64,000 bases of DNA from Antedon mediterranea (GCF_964355755.1 NC_092674.1:31310001-31374000), one strand, 5' to 3'. Shown: positions 36,704-61,030, numbered from the stretch's first letter. Numbers and translations are program-made. Notes: generated by a model not told the origin, from the letters alone.

Positions 36704-37023
36704 ATATAATTTTCCCAATTTATTTTCCATTTTTACTAACTTTTCGATACTATGATATACCGTAGATCGCCTATAGAAGAATTACTAAAATACATTCATC
36801 ATACAGTGAAAATAAATATACCAAGGCAAAACATTAAAAAACATCGTGTACAAAATTCTACAATGATGGAAATATTAATAGAAATGTTATCGATAACTAA
36901 TAAATTTAAATGAAGCATTTTGTTGTTATTATTTTTGTCTGAAAACTAGGCCTATGTGTTTCTCATGCCCCTCCCAAGGTTCAAGAAATAATGATAGCTA
37001 GGCAAACGCGCACCAAACAAGAC

Positions 37024-37172
37024 AAGCTTGCTTCCAACACGCAAGGACGTACGCAACAACGTAATTTGACCAATCAGAATCGATGGATCCTAACTTTCGC
37101 TTGTCATTGGTCAACTAGCTTGTGTTGCGTTTATTTCCTCCTTGCGTTGCGTCCTAGCGGAAACTAAGCTTT
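37024..37172. mobile_element. MITE family 2 copy (aagcttggttcccactag-type TIR)
   Basis: Palindromic ~140 bp with internal ttgaccaatca...gcttgtcattggtcaa. Related copies at 21645-21702, 34337-34455, 40567-40625 and 43717-43855. Confidence 0.65.
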
Positions 37173-38766
37173 CATTTCCGAGCCGTGACTTATCTAGAAG
37201 CATGTCTTGGAGAAGCTGATAACAGTTACAATATTTGTTTAAAAAAATCTCTTTTTGAGTATGTCCGAAGATTTGAAACTAGGAAATTAATTTGATACAG
37301 AAAACAAGTGAAGAATGACTAAAATATCAAGAGTTAAGATACAATTATGTAAATCTATATCAAGGTGATTCAATCAATCAAGTTTATGAAGAATAATATA
37401 TCAAAAGAAAACAACATACTGCAGGTGCGTCACATGTTAACGAGGGCGCTACATTTCTAACACAAGCTATCTCATTCGTATTGCATGATGTCACGTGGTC
37501 TGTTCACGCTTAATTTACAAAGATATCCAACAGACCAATATATACACATACATATTTATATAGACCTCTAATTTATATAGACTGCTGTTACCTACATGTA
37601 TAACATGTACAAAACGATGATATATTAGAATTGGTATAAAACTAGTTTTCAACCAGATAGAATAATTAAAAAAGCAAGAAATATTTTTACAGCTGTGTTA
37701 ACAAGAAGCCTTATTATAAATGCTGGTCCCATTTATATTAAAAACGAAACAGTATTAATATTTTATAATCAAGATAGATATCTGACTAGTGCCCTCTAGG
37801 TAAATACGGAATCTATAAATAATATAAAAGAATGAAATTAACCTTTAAAAAAAATTGAACAAATTTCACTCCAATCGCCATTTTTAATGTATGCATCAAT
37901 ATTTTTGTTTAAATTAGATATTGCATCCGTTAAAAACAAATTTTAATTAATAAGAGTAAAAATATTAGATTGCAATTATACACAAATGATATTAAAAATA
38001 TTCATATAGATGAAATAATACATTTTACCAACAACAACCAAATACAATAAATTCCTTAAAACTTGGTGGCTCTCCCAAAAAATGTGTAAGGTTGCACACT
38101 GTTATATCCCGCATTTATTCCATTCAAAATGTATTATGAAAACCAACATACCAGCCCAACTATGCTGAACGTGTTCATTTAGCAACAAATAAAGTAGACA
38201 TAGAAATCATTTATAACAAGCAACATTCACAACTTAAACCTTGTTGTTGCCTTCACTCTCTGTGTACTTTATAGTAGTTAGTTTACAAAACATTGCGGTC
38301 TTTAATAAAAATTAAAGGCTACTTTAATCTCATAGAATCTAGAGGTTACTCTAGCTTATTCTTATTTCAAACAATTCAGTCAATCATGCATTATTTAGTC
38401 TACTAAAATATTTAATATTAATAATAAACAGGGGCGGATTCACAGGTTGTGCTAGGGTCATACACTCCTCCTTTTTGACAATAAAAGTTCAATTATGAAC
38501 TACTATTTGATATATATTTTTGACAGACTATTAACATTAAATGTTACCGTTCCCACGATAACAAAATTCTGGATTCTGGACCCCTAATAAACTCATAATT
38601 ATATCCAATAAGTAATTAACAGTTTTGTAATATTGAAAGAAAAATAACTAAAAAGTTTATTTATTATAACTACACATGTTCATTCTCCTTACTAATCTCG
38701 CTATTAAACTTTCTTTCTACTTGTGTAGAGTAAGCTTCTCATCCTTTATCCTAGAGGGCGACAACT

Positions 38767-49049
<10,283 letters not shown>

Positions 49050-52000
49050 CTATAAAGATAAAAAACAATAAAGAACATGATTCAAACAATCTATAACCAA
49101 TTCAATTTAAAAGAAGGAATCCCAAACTAGAATTGAACACACATTCAAATACATATGTCACAATAAGAAAATCAAAGTAAAACATTATTATAAAAATACA
49201 TTATTGAAATAATATACACATTTACAACAATAATTACAACACTTATTTGTAGTAAAACCATAGCAACAAGAAAACTATTGAAAATGAAAAGAAAATCAAT
49301 ATAAAATTAAAAGGTTAATAAACATTAAATATTCAACATTTGTTCATGTATATATTAAATGTATGAAATGTATATCTTTAAACTATGTTGAGGCCATAGT
49401 AAGATAGAAAAAGAAATATTGTTGAAGATACATAATAAAAATATAAAATTACTCAATTATAAATAAACAAAAGAAATGATAATGATTCAGAAGACTAGAG
49501 ATTGTGTACAAGCAAATGACCTGATGAAAAACGATAACATGTGACTCTACAATCTAATTGTAAATGGCAGAATGAAAAGGTTTATGTGCGGACGAGAGAC
49601 CGGCATAAATCTGGAATCACAGTGAGATTCACGCTGACAAGAAAACGCAATTAAACATCGCTAACATTTTATGAAGAGGGTTATAGAACCGTGACACACG
49701 GTATTTTACAAAGATGTTTGGATTAAAATCAGATTATACGCATGACGTGAACTGCTTTCGTTTTTTTTTTGCTATCGTAAATAAAAATCTTTTCTAAACT
49801 TTGTAGAAAACAATTATGATGTGTTCTACGGAGAACAAAAACAAGGCAAGGACAAATGTGTAGCTACTTTTAAAAGCTATTACCAGTTAGCTTAAGTTAA
49901 CATTTTGATTAGAACCACAGTCTGTGGCGCCGGTTACCAACTGGGATGGACCCGTATCTATTACTATAATTGAGACACATATCAGATATACACAGCTTAG
50001 CATGGTTGTTACTCTGTGTCAACCTCTATGTACATAATGGTGGTAGATGAATAATAAAATATTGTATTTAAACAAGATATCAAGTTTTATTTTAAAAAAG
50101 ACAATTTATTTTCATCTATAGTAATTAAATGGCTTTAAATTATTTTAATTACTTTGAAGACAATGAAAAAAAAAGTACTCAACAATCTTATTTAGGCGAT
50201 TATAATCTTTGGGCATTGGCTTCATTAGGTATGTTATTGGTATAAAAGCAACATCCACAACATCAATAAACAATTCTAGTTGAATCAGGCTTTCTTGATT
50301 TGAGAAACGTGTAAGTTGAGCTGTTTTTTGTTCTACTGCAATTGATTTTACTACCGAATTTGAAGCTCTCCAATTGTTCAGTCTGACATATTTATATTTG
50401 TATGTACAAACTTGTAAACATACATGCCTGTAGCAAATGAAATTTTACATCGACGATTAGCATCTTTGACATTTCTGGAGCTTTTGCTTCGGATGTTTTA
50501 TAATACCCGTGCAACGGCTCTTTCGGGATCGCAGGCATCTGATATTGATAACATAAATGCGTATTTTGATCGAAATCTGGTTTAATGAGTATACTTAACC
50601 GATTTCTTACTACTTAAAACAGGACATTAAAATGCACCCTATGAGTGAATGGTGCATGTTGTGAATCGTGTAATGGACGAAGAATCGCTTGAGGGTGCGA
50701 CAAACACGTTAAAACATGGTACGGTTATAGAATGATTAGGGTTATATCCTGAAGCATGTTAGTTACACATGAATGAATGTAATTTTATTAATTTATTTTT
50801 ATATGAAAAAAGTGCAAAGTGGATATCTTGTTCTCTATCTGTCAATCCTTATGTAAAAAGGCTAATTTTCAAAATGGTCGTTAACTTAAGTCAATGACAA
50901 TAACGGATTAAGAAATATAATTATAATAATTAGCTTAAAATATTAATAGGCATCAATAAATACTTTTTATTGTACGAATGTCACTTGATACAAAAATGAT
51001 AACTTAACTTCTTTTACAATTACTGGGTCATTGACATTTTTTTATTACTAAATTATTATTATTATTGTGTATATATTATGAAAGTTTAAACAAGCGTTCA
51101 GCACTAGGTGAAAATTGACAGACAATGTTTAAACTAAAAAATGTTAATCAACCAGCAGGTATGAACTTTCATTCAAATATTATTATTTAGTTATTACATT
51201 TAATATCATTATATATATGTAGTGTTGACTATCTACTAAATTTAATGTAATCAAATGATTACCTGAAAATATCGAATTATTAATAATTTTTTGCAAAAAT
51301 GATTGGCAGATGCTAAACAAACTGCCCTCTATGGTTGAAGATAAGGTGCACTTTTAAGTAATACATAATAATGCAAAATGTGATTTCTATTTTTAGAGAT
51401 ATTATATTTCTAAACAGCTGTTTACTACAACTTTCATTAGATGAATTGTAGTTTCAACAAATGTTTTTATTCATTTGTTGAAATTACTGGCATGGGAGCA
51501 ATCAATCAGTTGTTCAAGGTTTATCATTTTTAATAATGCTATTCTATATTTAATTGGAACAGAAATAAGTTAATGTAAAATATCACATAATTCAGGCATG
51601 AAATTGTTATTGTAGTATAGTGTGTTCATGTAATTCTTAATAATTATAAAACTAGATTTTATTTTTTCATGTCGACGAATAATAAGTGATTTGTGTTTTT
51701 TTTCTTTGTTTGTTTTTATATTTATATAAACCAAATATTATTTAGGCAAATTATCAAAAATAATTAATTCACTGTCTTGGCAATCCTGTTCATAGTACAA
51801 GCATCATACGATACACAAAATGCTACAAAATAAACAGTCTTTGGGAGTAAAAAGGTGAGAAAAAATCAACAGGATTTGAACCCAGGACTGTGACAGAAAA
51901 AAAAATAGGATGCTATGAATTGATATTCTCAGTTTTTGTTCACATGAACACGTCTACTTACAAGGTGTAGTCATAATCTTCCAAACAGAAAAATTAAATT

Positions 52001-54868
52001 TTTAAAATTAAATTTTAAAAAACAAATACAATTTAATGTTTTTCCTCTTTTTTTTAATGCAACATTTAAAAAACAAAATCAGTACCGTGATAAGTACATT
52101 ATTAAAATAATTGTTCAAAAGCAGCTACAGTTCACAAATGAAAGAATAAATCAATTTACATGTAATTAAAATGGAGAGAAGTGAGAAACAACACAGTGCT
52201 ACTAATGTGGTTAAGTATATCTTCATTAAGCACATCCCTGGGTTAACTGTCAAACTTAGCCATAAACACAAAGTGTAGCAGTGCTGAAAAAATATCTTTA
52301 TCAATTGCAGAGTAGTATATATATCAAATTATTTTACAAATGAATTAAAATTTAAAACAAAACTTTTTTTGTTTACATCCATGTATTGAACTGTAATATA
52401 AAACAAAAAATAAAACCTTCTCAAGACAGATGCGTTTTGTTTTTATCATTTTCCTTTTAATAGACCATTTTCTTCATATTGTTTACACTTAAAGATAATT
52501 TGATATTTTTACATCCATATTTCAAAGACGTTGGATAAAACTTGTATAGCTAGATACCTTTAAATATTTATATTTTTACATCCATATTTGAAAGACGTTG
52601 AACTGTAATATAAAATCAGAGAACCGAATCCACCTTCTCAAGATAAATGCATTTCCTACTAAAGCCATATCAATGGAAATTAAATGCATACAGTATATTT
52701 CCAAATACTATTACCATTGCTCATCTTCAAAATCTAGTTCTAAATATACTTAATTTAATAACAGTTGACCATAAAAGCATTTATCACGTGGGAAAAAAAC
52801 TGTTGTTACTTATGGTGGGATTGCATTTATACGAGCTACGGTGTAACATATCAATCATGTCTGGAGCAGGTGACTTACGGACAGAGACTTGGCCGGTATC
52901 GAGATAAAGCCGCAGTTCACGCCAGTTATATCCCCGTGAAAACATCACACAGGACACTCATTAGTTGGCCATTACACGCATAAAAGGATTTATCATCGTA
53001 AGTTAGTTTCATTAGAGCGCCAATAACGTACGTCATGAAGCGTGCATTGTGAATAGGCACGTCCATTATTTCTAATCCAATTTAGCTAATAGCGAGTCGG
53101 TGGTGTGGCAATTTAGATGTATTCTGGTAGTTAGCATTTTATGTTCATTGATCATATATCTTTCACATCAGCAACATTTGTGAGTTAAATACCTTAACAG
53201 TGTAGACAACTACACAGAATTCACTTATGGCCATCATTATTGCAAGAGTTTTTATTGTCTTTTTTTCAGAATCAAAACATTTTAAACTACATATGATTAT
53301 ATATTATTATACCTACAATTTGTAATTTACATTTTTTAAGCAAATTACATATTTCACATAGACAATTATATACATTTTGTCACTGTTTTTCCTGTGCTTT
53401 GTTCATTTGTGATTTTAATTACTCACAGTAAAACTATAATTAATTTAACACTAGGGTTACTTAATTTTACTTTACTAAATAAACAAAAATGTACATTTTA
53501 ACTTTTTTTTGGGTCTTTATTTTAATATATTAATATTATACTTTATCCTATTCCCATCATTAATAGGATATTTTTTAATAAACTGAGGTATGGCTCTAAT
53601 CTCACTATACTAGCTGAATCTATACTTCTTGAATTTAAATTTTAAATCCTTTCTCTCAATACATAAAGTCCATCAGAATATGAGGTAAAGATTGTTTGAA
53701 TAATAACGATAATTTGTTAGATTTTCAATCATAAAATTTAATTTAAAAAAAAAAAGTACATTTAACTGTTTTTTTGGTCGTTTTTAAATATATATTCTAT
53801 TTTATCCTCCTTTATTCCTTTCACATTATTCATAGGGGTATTAAAAAAAAAATCAGAATAATAACGATAATTTGTTAGATCTTCAATCATAAAAGGAAGA
53901 AGTGTAATTTATTAGTAGTACATATGTTTATTATGAGAACACAATCAATCATTCATGTTGCAACACTTTGGCTTATTAACAGCACAAACCATCTTTGTTA
54001 AAAATCATCTTAAACAATTCTATTGTGTAAGTTAGTATCTATGTATTATCAGTGGCAGATCCATGGTTTTAAAATAGGGGTGACCAACGGCTCAACATAC
54101 CCTAATATCCTATTCTTTGTATTGCAATGCCCAAAATTTAGGGGGCCTAGCTCTTACTAACACCTTACCTGGGATCTGCCTATGTTTACAAAATGTTTAT
54201 TAAAGGAAGAAAAACAGAAACAAAATTGACTATGTTTAAATGATACCCATTTTAAGGTCACATAAATGCATTTTGTAATGTTTTTAAACTGATTTGATAG
54301 TTACACTCACAAGCAAGAAATTTGGCTGGTCTTCAAAATTGTGAATAATAAATACAATAATGTATTATGCCTTTAATTATTTTGAGATTTAACAAAAGTC
54401 CTCATAATGTGGTTTTCACCATTATATAAACTTAATAGCAAGATCAGTAATGTAATTAAAATGTGATTTATTATGTAAAATATGTTGAAATAGTAAATGA
54501 TTTTTAATAAGAGGACGTTGATTTCTTAATTTGATTGTGCTGGATACTTGAAGACAAAGGCAAGTTTAAACATACTAAAAAGAGCAAAGCAGTAATCAGT
54601 AATGATACCCTGATGAATAGCCTGTTAAGTGGATTCCTTGAAATAGGAGAGCAATTTGAAATCAATACTACTTCACAGTAACAACTAGAACTTGCTTTCA
54701 GCTCTTTTGTTTTCAATAATTAAAAGGACTAATAACAATACTATGAATAAACAATGAAAATTAAAAAAATGGGGAATAATCATCATTGTAAAAATTAAAT
54801 AAATCATAAATTATAATTGTATAACTCTAAAACTGTCAAATTGTGGTCCAAACATTTCTCATCAACCC

Positions 54869-55019
54869 TAAGCTCTGTCTACACTATAAAATGGAAAAAA
54901 AAGTGTGATTACCCAAATATGGTAGTGATATGCTTAAATATGGTAGTGCTATGACATCATCATGTCCATATATGGGCACATCACATTTTTTGCCACATAA
55001 AGTTTGAGACAGTGCTTTA
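54869..55019. mobile_element. MITE family 1 copy
   Basis: taagctctgtctacactat...ataaagtttgagacagtgctt. Confidence 0.7.
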
Positions 55020-55819
55020 GTAAATGCATCAATGAACTTCCAATTAATTGATATTTGAAAGAATATAATGAACATGAACTTGATCCTATAAACTGTGGCT
55101 TAGGGATTGGCAAGATAAAGCCATCAGTAAGAGACTCTTAATTATCACACATCTGCTAACTAATTGAAGTAGAATACTTGTTTTAAAACAGTTTGTGGAT
55201 TATTATTATACCTGATTATGTATGGTAGACTGAGAGGCCATCAGGCAGAAAAAGTGTCATAATGAGGTGGGTGGTAGTGTTCAGTAGGCCTACAGCTTGT
55301 TACATAACAATTTGAAATATTGTTCTTTGGATAATATTGATATTAAATTGATATAGAATTTATTTATCATTTCTTAATTTTCACCAAGCTTTTAATTTCA
55401 GTAATTAAATTGCAGAAATAAACCAGTTTAAATACACAGTAACAATAATAGAATGTTGATGTGCATTGAATTGAATTCTTTTGTGAGTCGGGTCATTCCA
55501 TCTCAGTGACCCAGTCTCCAAAAACCAACAGAATTTCCCAGATTAGGTTATAAACTTGTTTGAATTGAATATGAAAAATAATAGAAAGTTCACCACAAAA
55601 AGTACATACATTAGATATGGAAATTGCAATCGCACAAATGATAAGAAATGTCACACAGTTTTGGATATTAATGAAACTATTCCCAGTAGGCTAATCCTAG
55701 AGGAAGGTGACAACTTAATCCAACGTGATAACTTTAATCAATATGTATTATTGATGTTCAACAGTGAAAAGGAATTAAGTGAGATAATTAAGTGTCTAAT
55801 GAGATGGGAAGAAAAGATG

Positions 55820-56030
55820 GTATTGATGTCAAAATAAGTCTGTACTAACTTTAAGCATAGTGCAAATAGGTAAAAGTTTTGTATTGATGTCAAAATAAGT
55901 CTGTACTAACTTTAAGCAGAGTGCAAATAAGCTAAAGTTTTGTATTGATGTCAATATAAGCCTGTACTAACTTTAAGCAGAGTGCAAATAGGATAAAGTT
56001 TTGTATTGATGTCAACATTAGCCTGTACTA
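55820..56030. repeat. 61-bp minisatellite x3.5
   Basis: Unit gtattgatgtcaaaataagtctgtactaactttaagcagagtgcaaataggtaaaagtttt. Confidence 0.9.
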
Positions 56031-59000
56031 TTCGGCCATCCCTAAACTCAACCTTTTATTCTATAGATAAAATCTTCTACAACTAGAACATACATATACA
56101 CACTTGTTGTTGTGTAAGGTGCTTATAGGTTAGATAAATATAAAATTGACAGGCTTTTTTTTTTATATGAGAACAACTGAAATATAACTTGGATTTAATC
56201 AACCAATTAAAGAAGCAGTGTAAATCCATCCTGGATTATCATTGGATACAAAATAATAATTCAAAAAGAAAATAATTGTTTGAAAATAGCAAAAGCATGA
56301 CAAATGTCCAAAGAAGATGTGACACAAAACAAAGAATTAAATCCTGAATTAGTGGGATAATGGTAATTCAGCATAGTTAACATGAATCAACAACTTTGTC
56401 CATGTCCAAGACAAATGCGGTTTAAGCCGGGAATGATCCAATATTTTACGAGACATTTCAACCAGGTTACAATTAGTCGGGTTGTTTATGTCAAGAAATC
56501 CTACGAGACATAAAATAGATTTTTACCTATGTAATCTGAACCCAAGCAGTTTTCTCAAAAGCCTTAATAGCTAGTCGTATTCTATTCAGCGGTTTCATCT
56601 TACTCACTACTAAAATCAAAACTACACAACAACAACCGCTTTAAGTCATTTACAAGTTTGCAATTTTGATAAATTAGTTTCAAAAGCAGATTCAGACACT
56701 TCAGATATAGGATTGAATTACAAACAAGAACAAATGCTGGAGAACATCTACATTATTCAATTAAACATTTAAACATTGTTAATTATTTTAGTACTTTGTA
56801 GAAATACAACAACAATTAGGTATTGTCACATGAGATTATAAATTCCATCTTTCCATTTTTGCAATATAATTAAACTACTGTAACTTCTTGAGGTAATTTC
56901 CCGCATGATCGTAATCAAAACGGTATTGGGTTTGGTCACGTCTACTAGTGTTCCTGCTCCCAACCAGTCATCCATTCATAGAAGCCTTGATGAAGTAAGC
57001 CTACCTGGTGGTGGCCACCACAGCTTTAGTCGATAGAAATGTTGTTAGAGATAGAGTATACGATGTTTGATTATGTGTAGATGTGTGACTTGTTCTATTA
57101 TTCAAATGATGTTCCATATAAGGAGATGAAGATAGTAGTTGGGTGTAAAGATTTTGTATATCAATTAATTATCCTAGACTGTATATTATTATGCGATAAA
57201 TATTATTTATATATATATTTTTTTAATATTTATTGTTATGATTATATTATTAATAAAAAGATATGTTAGTATAAATTTAAAAATATAAAATATGGATATA
57301 AGGAACAATTTAAACAATTCTGACTGAAAAACAAAGTTTATCATTCCAAACTTCACTCTTTGTCATTTGTCAAATTGATGTTTAACATGATTAAAGACAA
57401 CACTTTTACGTCTTAATCAAGATTGAAATCAATCACCAATTTTCACTTTAATTGGTCGCAGAAACATTCTTAATGACTTTGATACAACAATGATGAGTAG
57501 AAAAGACAATTGATAAATTAACAGAACGTAAGCCATGTACTAATTGACACAGAGAGTAGAATTTGATTACACTATGTTTATTCTGTTGAGTACAAGTTTA
57601 CGATAGTTTTATGCTTTTTGTTAGGAGTCGCAGGAATATCGAAAATAAACACTATAGTATGTATAAATGCAAAGGCAATTTGGTAAAAAAAAAATGAGAG
57701 TGATGTGAGGCCCGGGTATCAGTGGATGGATCTCAATGAAGATACAAATAAAAGAAAGTTGCAAGATTTTGAAAAACACTATTCCTTCATCAGGGTTGAC
57801 ATGAGTTGAATAGAATAATAAATATGTAGCCCTACAGAAAAATGTATGTAGGCCCTACCTATGAAAATTTCATGTATTTTCTTTTGGAAAATTTTAAATA
57901 TACACTGCAGTACAGTCAGTATACATAAAGTTAGCTTTAATAACAAGTTTAGATTGACAGACAGGGAATCTGTTCTAAATGGCTATCAAGACAGTTGTAA
58001 CTCTTGATGTGTCTCACGATTCTGAGTGACAAGTACAAAGTTATAAACACAACTTTCAACAAATCATTTTATAATTTACTATCTAAAGAAACACAAGAAA
58101 ATCACACCGGTGTTTTCTAATGAAATTGAGTGAATAGGCCTACTTTGAAATACTTTGAAATAGCCAATTATTAGGCCTATCTATCATTTTTCTTATTTTT
58201 AGTGTTGTAATTTTTTACTTCATAATTTACAAAGAAGTAAATTTTGAAACTTTATTTCCTTCCGATGGACGTAAGGTATTAAAAATAGATTACTCTACCT
58301 GGGCCTGGTCCACTTGTTTAGTTAAGTAAATACAGGAGACTGACAGCTGCTGATGACGACTTCCAGCCGTAACTAAACAAATGTTAGGCCATCACGATGT
58401 CAGCATAACAAGGTTATTGTCTGGATATCCCTGTTATTATTTTCACAAGCAGACATTGTCCAGTTAGGTATTAAATCTTCACACAAAAACCTGAAAGGTT
58501 TAATTGCAGAAAGACAACACGCGGCTGGAAAGTTTAATTGTTTTGTTTTCTTACGATGTTGTTTATGGTAACAAAATACGAAAAGACGATGTTTTGAGGA
58601 AGTTTCCTACAGTTTGTGTTTAATTTTCGTAAACACAATCTTAGAGGTTGCTTCCGACAATTACCTAAAATCGATGATAGCAAAGATAATTATGGCTCCG
58701 GACGATCGTAAAAGCTATCTAATTGAATGATTATTACATTTAAAAGCAATCTGATATAACACAAGAGGAAGATGGGAAGAAATGTGACAACGATACGATG
58801 TCCATGATGTCGAAATGATTTGAAAACGATGATTTTAATAAGGTCGTGATTCCGACAGCGGTAATAAAAAGGGACGTTCTAGAAGCGAAAATGTAAACGT
58901 ACGATACGATAATACGGCAAAGAAGGTTATTAGTGTGACAAATAAATGGGGAAATTAAACGTAAATTTTGCTTGAAACATTTTTTATGTACAATACACAT

Positions 59001-60934
59001 TTTAAAGACGTTTCTCCGTTTGTGATAGTCGGACAAGAATCATGAGAATGTAGTTCGGTGTGATTGGGAGTGTAATTCCTCCGTGGTTCAATTTATTTCA
59101 CTTGTAACCACTTGCTCAAGTGCGTGTACTCTCCATTGCTAATTGCCTTTAATGCCATGCTAAAGTTTATTGTTGATTGTACGTGAGTTTCGCCTTTGAC
59201 TGATAAATCTTGCGTGTGGCTATATCGTCAAACTGTGTCTTTTTAGCGGTGAAAGTTGCGTAAGCGTGCTATTCAATTGTTGTTGTATGGTTTGTATTTA
59301 TGAGACCGTGCGATTCAGGTCTTAAAAGTTGCTAAAATAACCCTTTAAATCATGATTATTTTGTTGCTTATATTCATTAAGGTTCATTTGAATTGTTGTA
59401 AAACTAAAGACGAATCGTAACTTTAAACAAAGACGTACGTACGTTTCTGGAACGATTGCTAGTTATGCTCCTAGCTAGATTATGGGTTTGAATCACTGAA
59501 AACACTGTTTTGTTGTTGCAATGCGCAACGTTTAGATTCAGTCACTAAATATCCACGTAAAGTATTATTTTTTATTAAAACAAAACAAAGCGAGACAACT
59601 ATTTTCAGTCTCATTGAATCGTAATCGTTCGTTAAAACAGACGATATATGGGTATACCGAAGATCGGAACGGAATTATTCAGAATCGGATTTGGGGATTC
59701 AGGGGATTATGACGTTTATTGACGTTCTTGATTGAGATTCGATCAACGATTTGAATAGACTACCGTAACATACAACAAATGAAAACGCCATGGTTTGCGT
59801 ACAAATTACCGTTTTATGTGGGGACACGATAGTACTAATCCAGTACCGGTAATCTCCTATGTTAATCAGGTAAAAATAACTAAAATCGTAATTGCGCCAC
59901 CAACGTAACAAAACTTTTTCCAAAATGTTAAACCCGTCACGTCACTTTGTATTAGACAGACATGCCGATCTTAAATGGCGTGATTCTAGATTTGTTATAA
60001 ATCTAAACTCACGTCTTTAAAATAGCGTGTGTTCAAGAAATCATCCACAGTGCAAATTGTATAATTTATTTTAATCATTGAGTTTATGTGCATATTGTAT
60101 ACCATTCCAGAGTTTATGTTGAACGTTTGTCAGTGTGTTTATGATTATTTATTCTGTATATAACAGTATCACGTTATGGTACAGTACAAGCATGTGTTAC
60201 TAGTATCAATTATAAAACAAACCAATTCAAACTGTGTTAAAAGCAACACATTTAGAAATAAAATACGCAAATGTTGTCATATATCAAATTGCATACAGAG
60301 TTCATGTGAACGTTTTGATTTCCATTCCAATGGGAGAGGCGCACACTCCGTGATACAACCGTGTTCTTTGAAATTCCCAGGAAAAAGGCAAGCCTATGTA
60401 CTTGAACAATCTAATCCTTACACCTGTAAAAACGCCGCAAACCGCCAAAGGAAAACTGCATTGGTAAAAGTGGGTCGACAGGTGTTAGGCCTACGTACGT
60501 CAAATGTGGATGCTTTGCAGATATACCGTTTAACACGGTAACCCTTCGGCGATCGATTCCTATGGACACGTAACATAAGCAAACTAATTAAGTGCCTCAT
60601 AGGGTCAAATATCATCGTAATATAAACACAATTACCCCGTGTAAAAATACGAGTTAATTACGTTACAAGGGCGTACCCACTCGACTGAGAACTTTGGGGT
60701 AGGTTAGCGGCACTCGATGTTGGAACAGGGTCAAAGCTGTGCGAACGAGTATTTAAGCCATCATCCAATTAGCTAATAATGTCGATTATTATAGAAAACA
60801 ATACTGATATAATCGGGTTTTTTTGCGGCGAAATAATGCGTGCTTAAAATAAATTGATTCTGCAACCGAACAGGAGGGCCAAAGTAGGCCTATAAGAACA
60901 AAACATATATGAATAAAATATTAATTTAAAAAAA

Positions 60935-60940
<6 letters not shown>

Positions 60941-61026
<86 letters not shown>
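60941..61026. repeat. (AT)n microsatellite
   Basis: ~43 AT units. Confidence 0.98.

Positions 61027-61030
<4 letters not shown>

Larger units (their letters stand above)
33850..37620 (+). repeat. Segmental duplication copy B (paralogous to ~18040-22020)
   Basis: Shares the colinear blocks listed for copy A. A further partial copy of the promoter-like block lies at ~33440-33530. Confidence 0.85.

Noticed and set aside
35873-36730. 276-aa ORF start at 35873 and three antisense ORFs (His/Arg-, Ser/Pro- and Ile/Ala-rich)
   Set aside because: The upstream extension is intronic (acceptor at 35949), and the true ATG at 35951 matches the paralog. The antisense ORFs are repeat shadows.
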